A stretch of DNA of 64,000 bases from Mobula hypostoma (lineage: Eukaryota): NCBI RefSeq assembly GCF_963921235.1, contig NC_086097.1, positions 74,154,001 to 74,218,000 of the forward strand. Direction: 5' to 3'. This document shows, one piece after another, positions 63,488-64,000 of the stretch. Both the position numbers and the translations under genes were made by a program. Numbering within the stretch: position 1 is the stretch's first letter; each line of letters opens with the position of its first letter. Under the pieces are notes generated by a model. It did no database searches, was not told the DNA's origin, and saw nothing but the letters and a program-made list of their open reading frames with translations.

Positions 63488-64000
63488 TAAATCAGTAGTT
63501 CAAAGAGAGAGCAAAAAAGAGAACAGTAATGTAGTGTACATGGATTCATTGTCTGTTTCGAAATGTTGAATGTGCCTTCAGGCTTCTGTACCTCCTCCTT
63601 GTTGGTAGCAATGAGAAGCAATGTACTCCTGTAGAAATTTACTAGAATGTTTGGTGACATACCTAATCTTCTCAAACTCTGAATGAAACATAACCACTCT
63701 TGTGCCTTCTTTGTAATTGCATCAATATGTTGAGCCCAGGATAGATCTTCAGAGATGTTGATACCCAGGAACTTGAAACTGCTCACTCTTTCCACTGCTG
63801 ATTCGTCAATGAGGACTGGTGTCTGTTCCCTCAACTTTCCGTTCCTAAAGTCCACAATTAATCCCTTGATCTTGCTGACATTGAGTGCAAGATTGTTTTT
63901 CCAACACCACTCAGCAAGATGATCTATCTCACTCCTATACACCTCCCCGTCACCGTTTGGGATTCTGCCAACATAGCTGTGTCATCATCAAATTTATAGA
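63488..64000 (-). mobile_element. Rex/Babar-type LINE (3' tip at about 62693-62799)
   Basis: ORF 63487..63942 (YRSEIDHLAEWCWKNNLALNVSK...FKFLGINISEDLSW); GDGEVYRSE RT context at the window edge. Confidence 0.85.

Noticed and set aside
1..64000. Prokaryotic systems (CRISPR array, operons, defence islands)
   Set aside because: Spliceosomal introns and vertebrate repeats throughout; no regularly spaced repeat-spacer array seen.

Overview
Vertebrate (not microbial) genomic DNA, AT-rich and dense in repeats. The repeat families (V-SINE/HE1-like, DeuSINE/SacSINE1-like, CR1, Rex/Babar, Penelope-derived palindromes) suggest a cartilaginous fish, probably a ray; this is an inference. The only host gene I can support is the 5' end of DPH6 (diphthine-ammonia ligase) on the minus strand. 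Three coding exons (19464-19486, 17521-17615, 16010-16194) splice in frame through GT-AG sites to give 101 codons (MRVIALVSGGKDSCYNMMQC...EVEDLYHLLKQIK), and intron 3 runs off the left edge. A CpG-rich promoter with a CRE palindrome lies at about 19960-20300. The rest is intronic or intergenic: decayed LINEs, SINEs, two Gypsy remnants, Tigger and Harbinger derivatives, a tRNA-Ala pseudogene and several repeat-free candidate conserved noncoding elements. The most notable signals are (1) a dispersed palindromic family carrying a degenerate minimal hammerhead ribozyme, whose two arms share private mutations; (2) a possible spliced divergent transcript from the DPH6 promoter; (3) non-autonomous retroelements without Pol III boxes; (4) a hammerhead-like motif in a Gypsy LTR pair. 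Repeat family names come from recalled motifs, not database searches, and repeat boundaries are approximate unless a TSD or TIR is cited.
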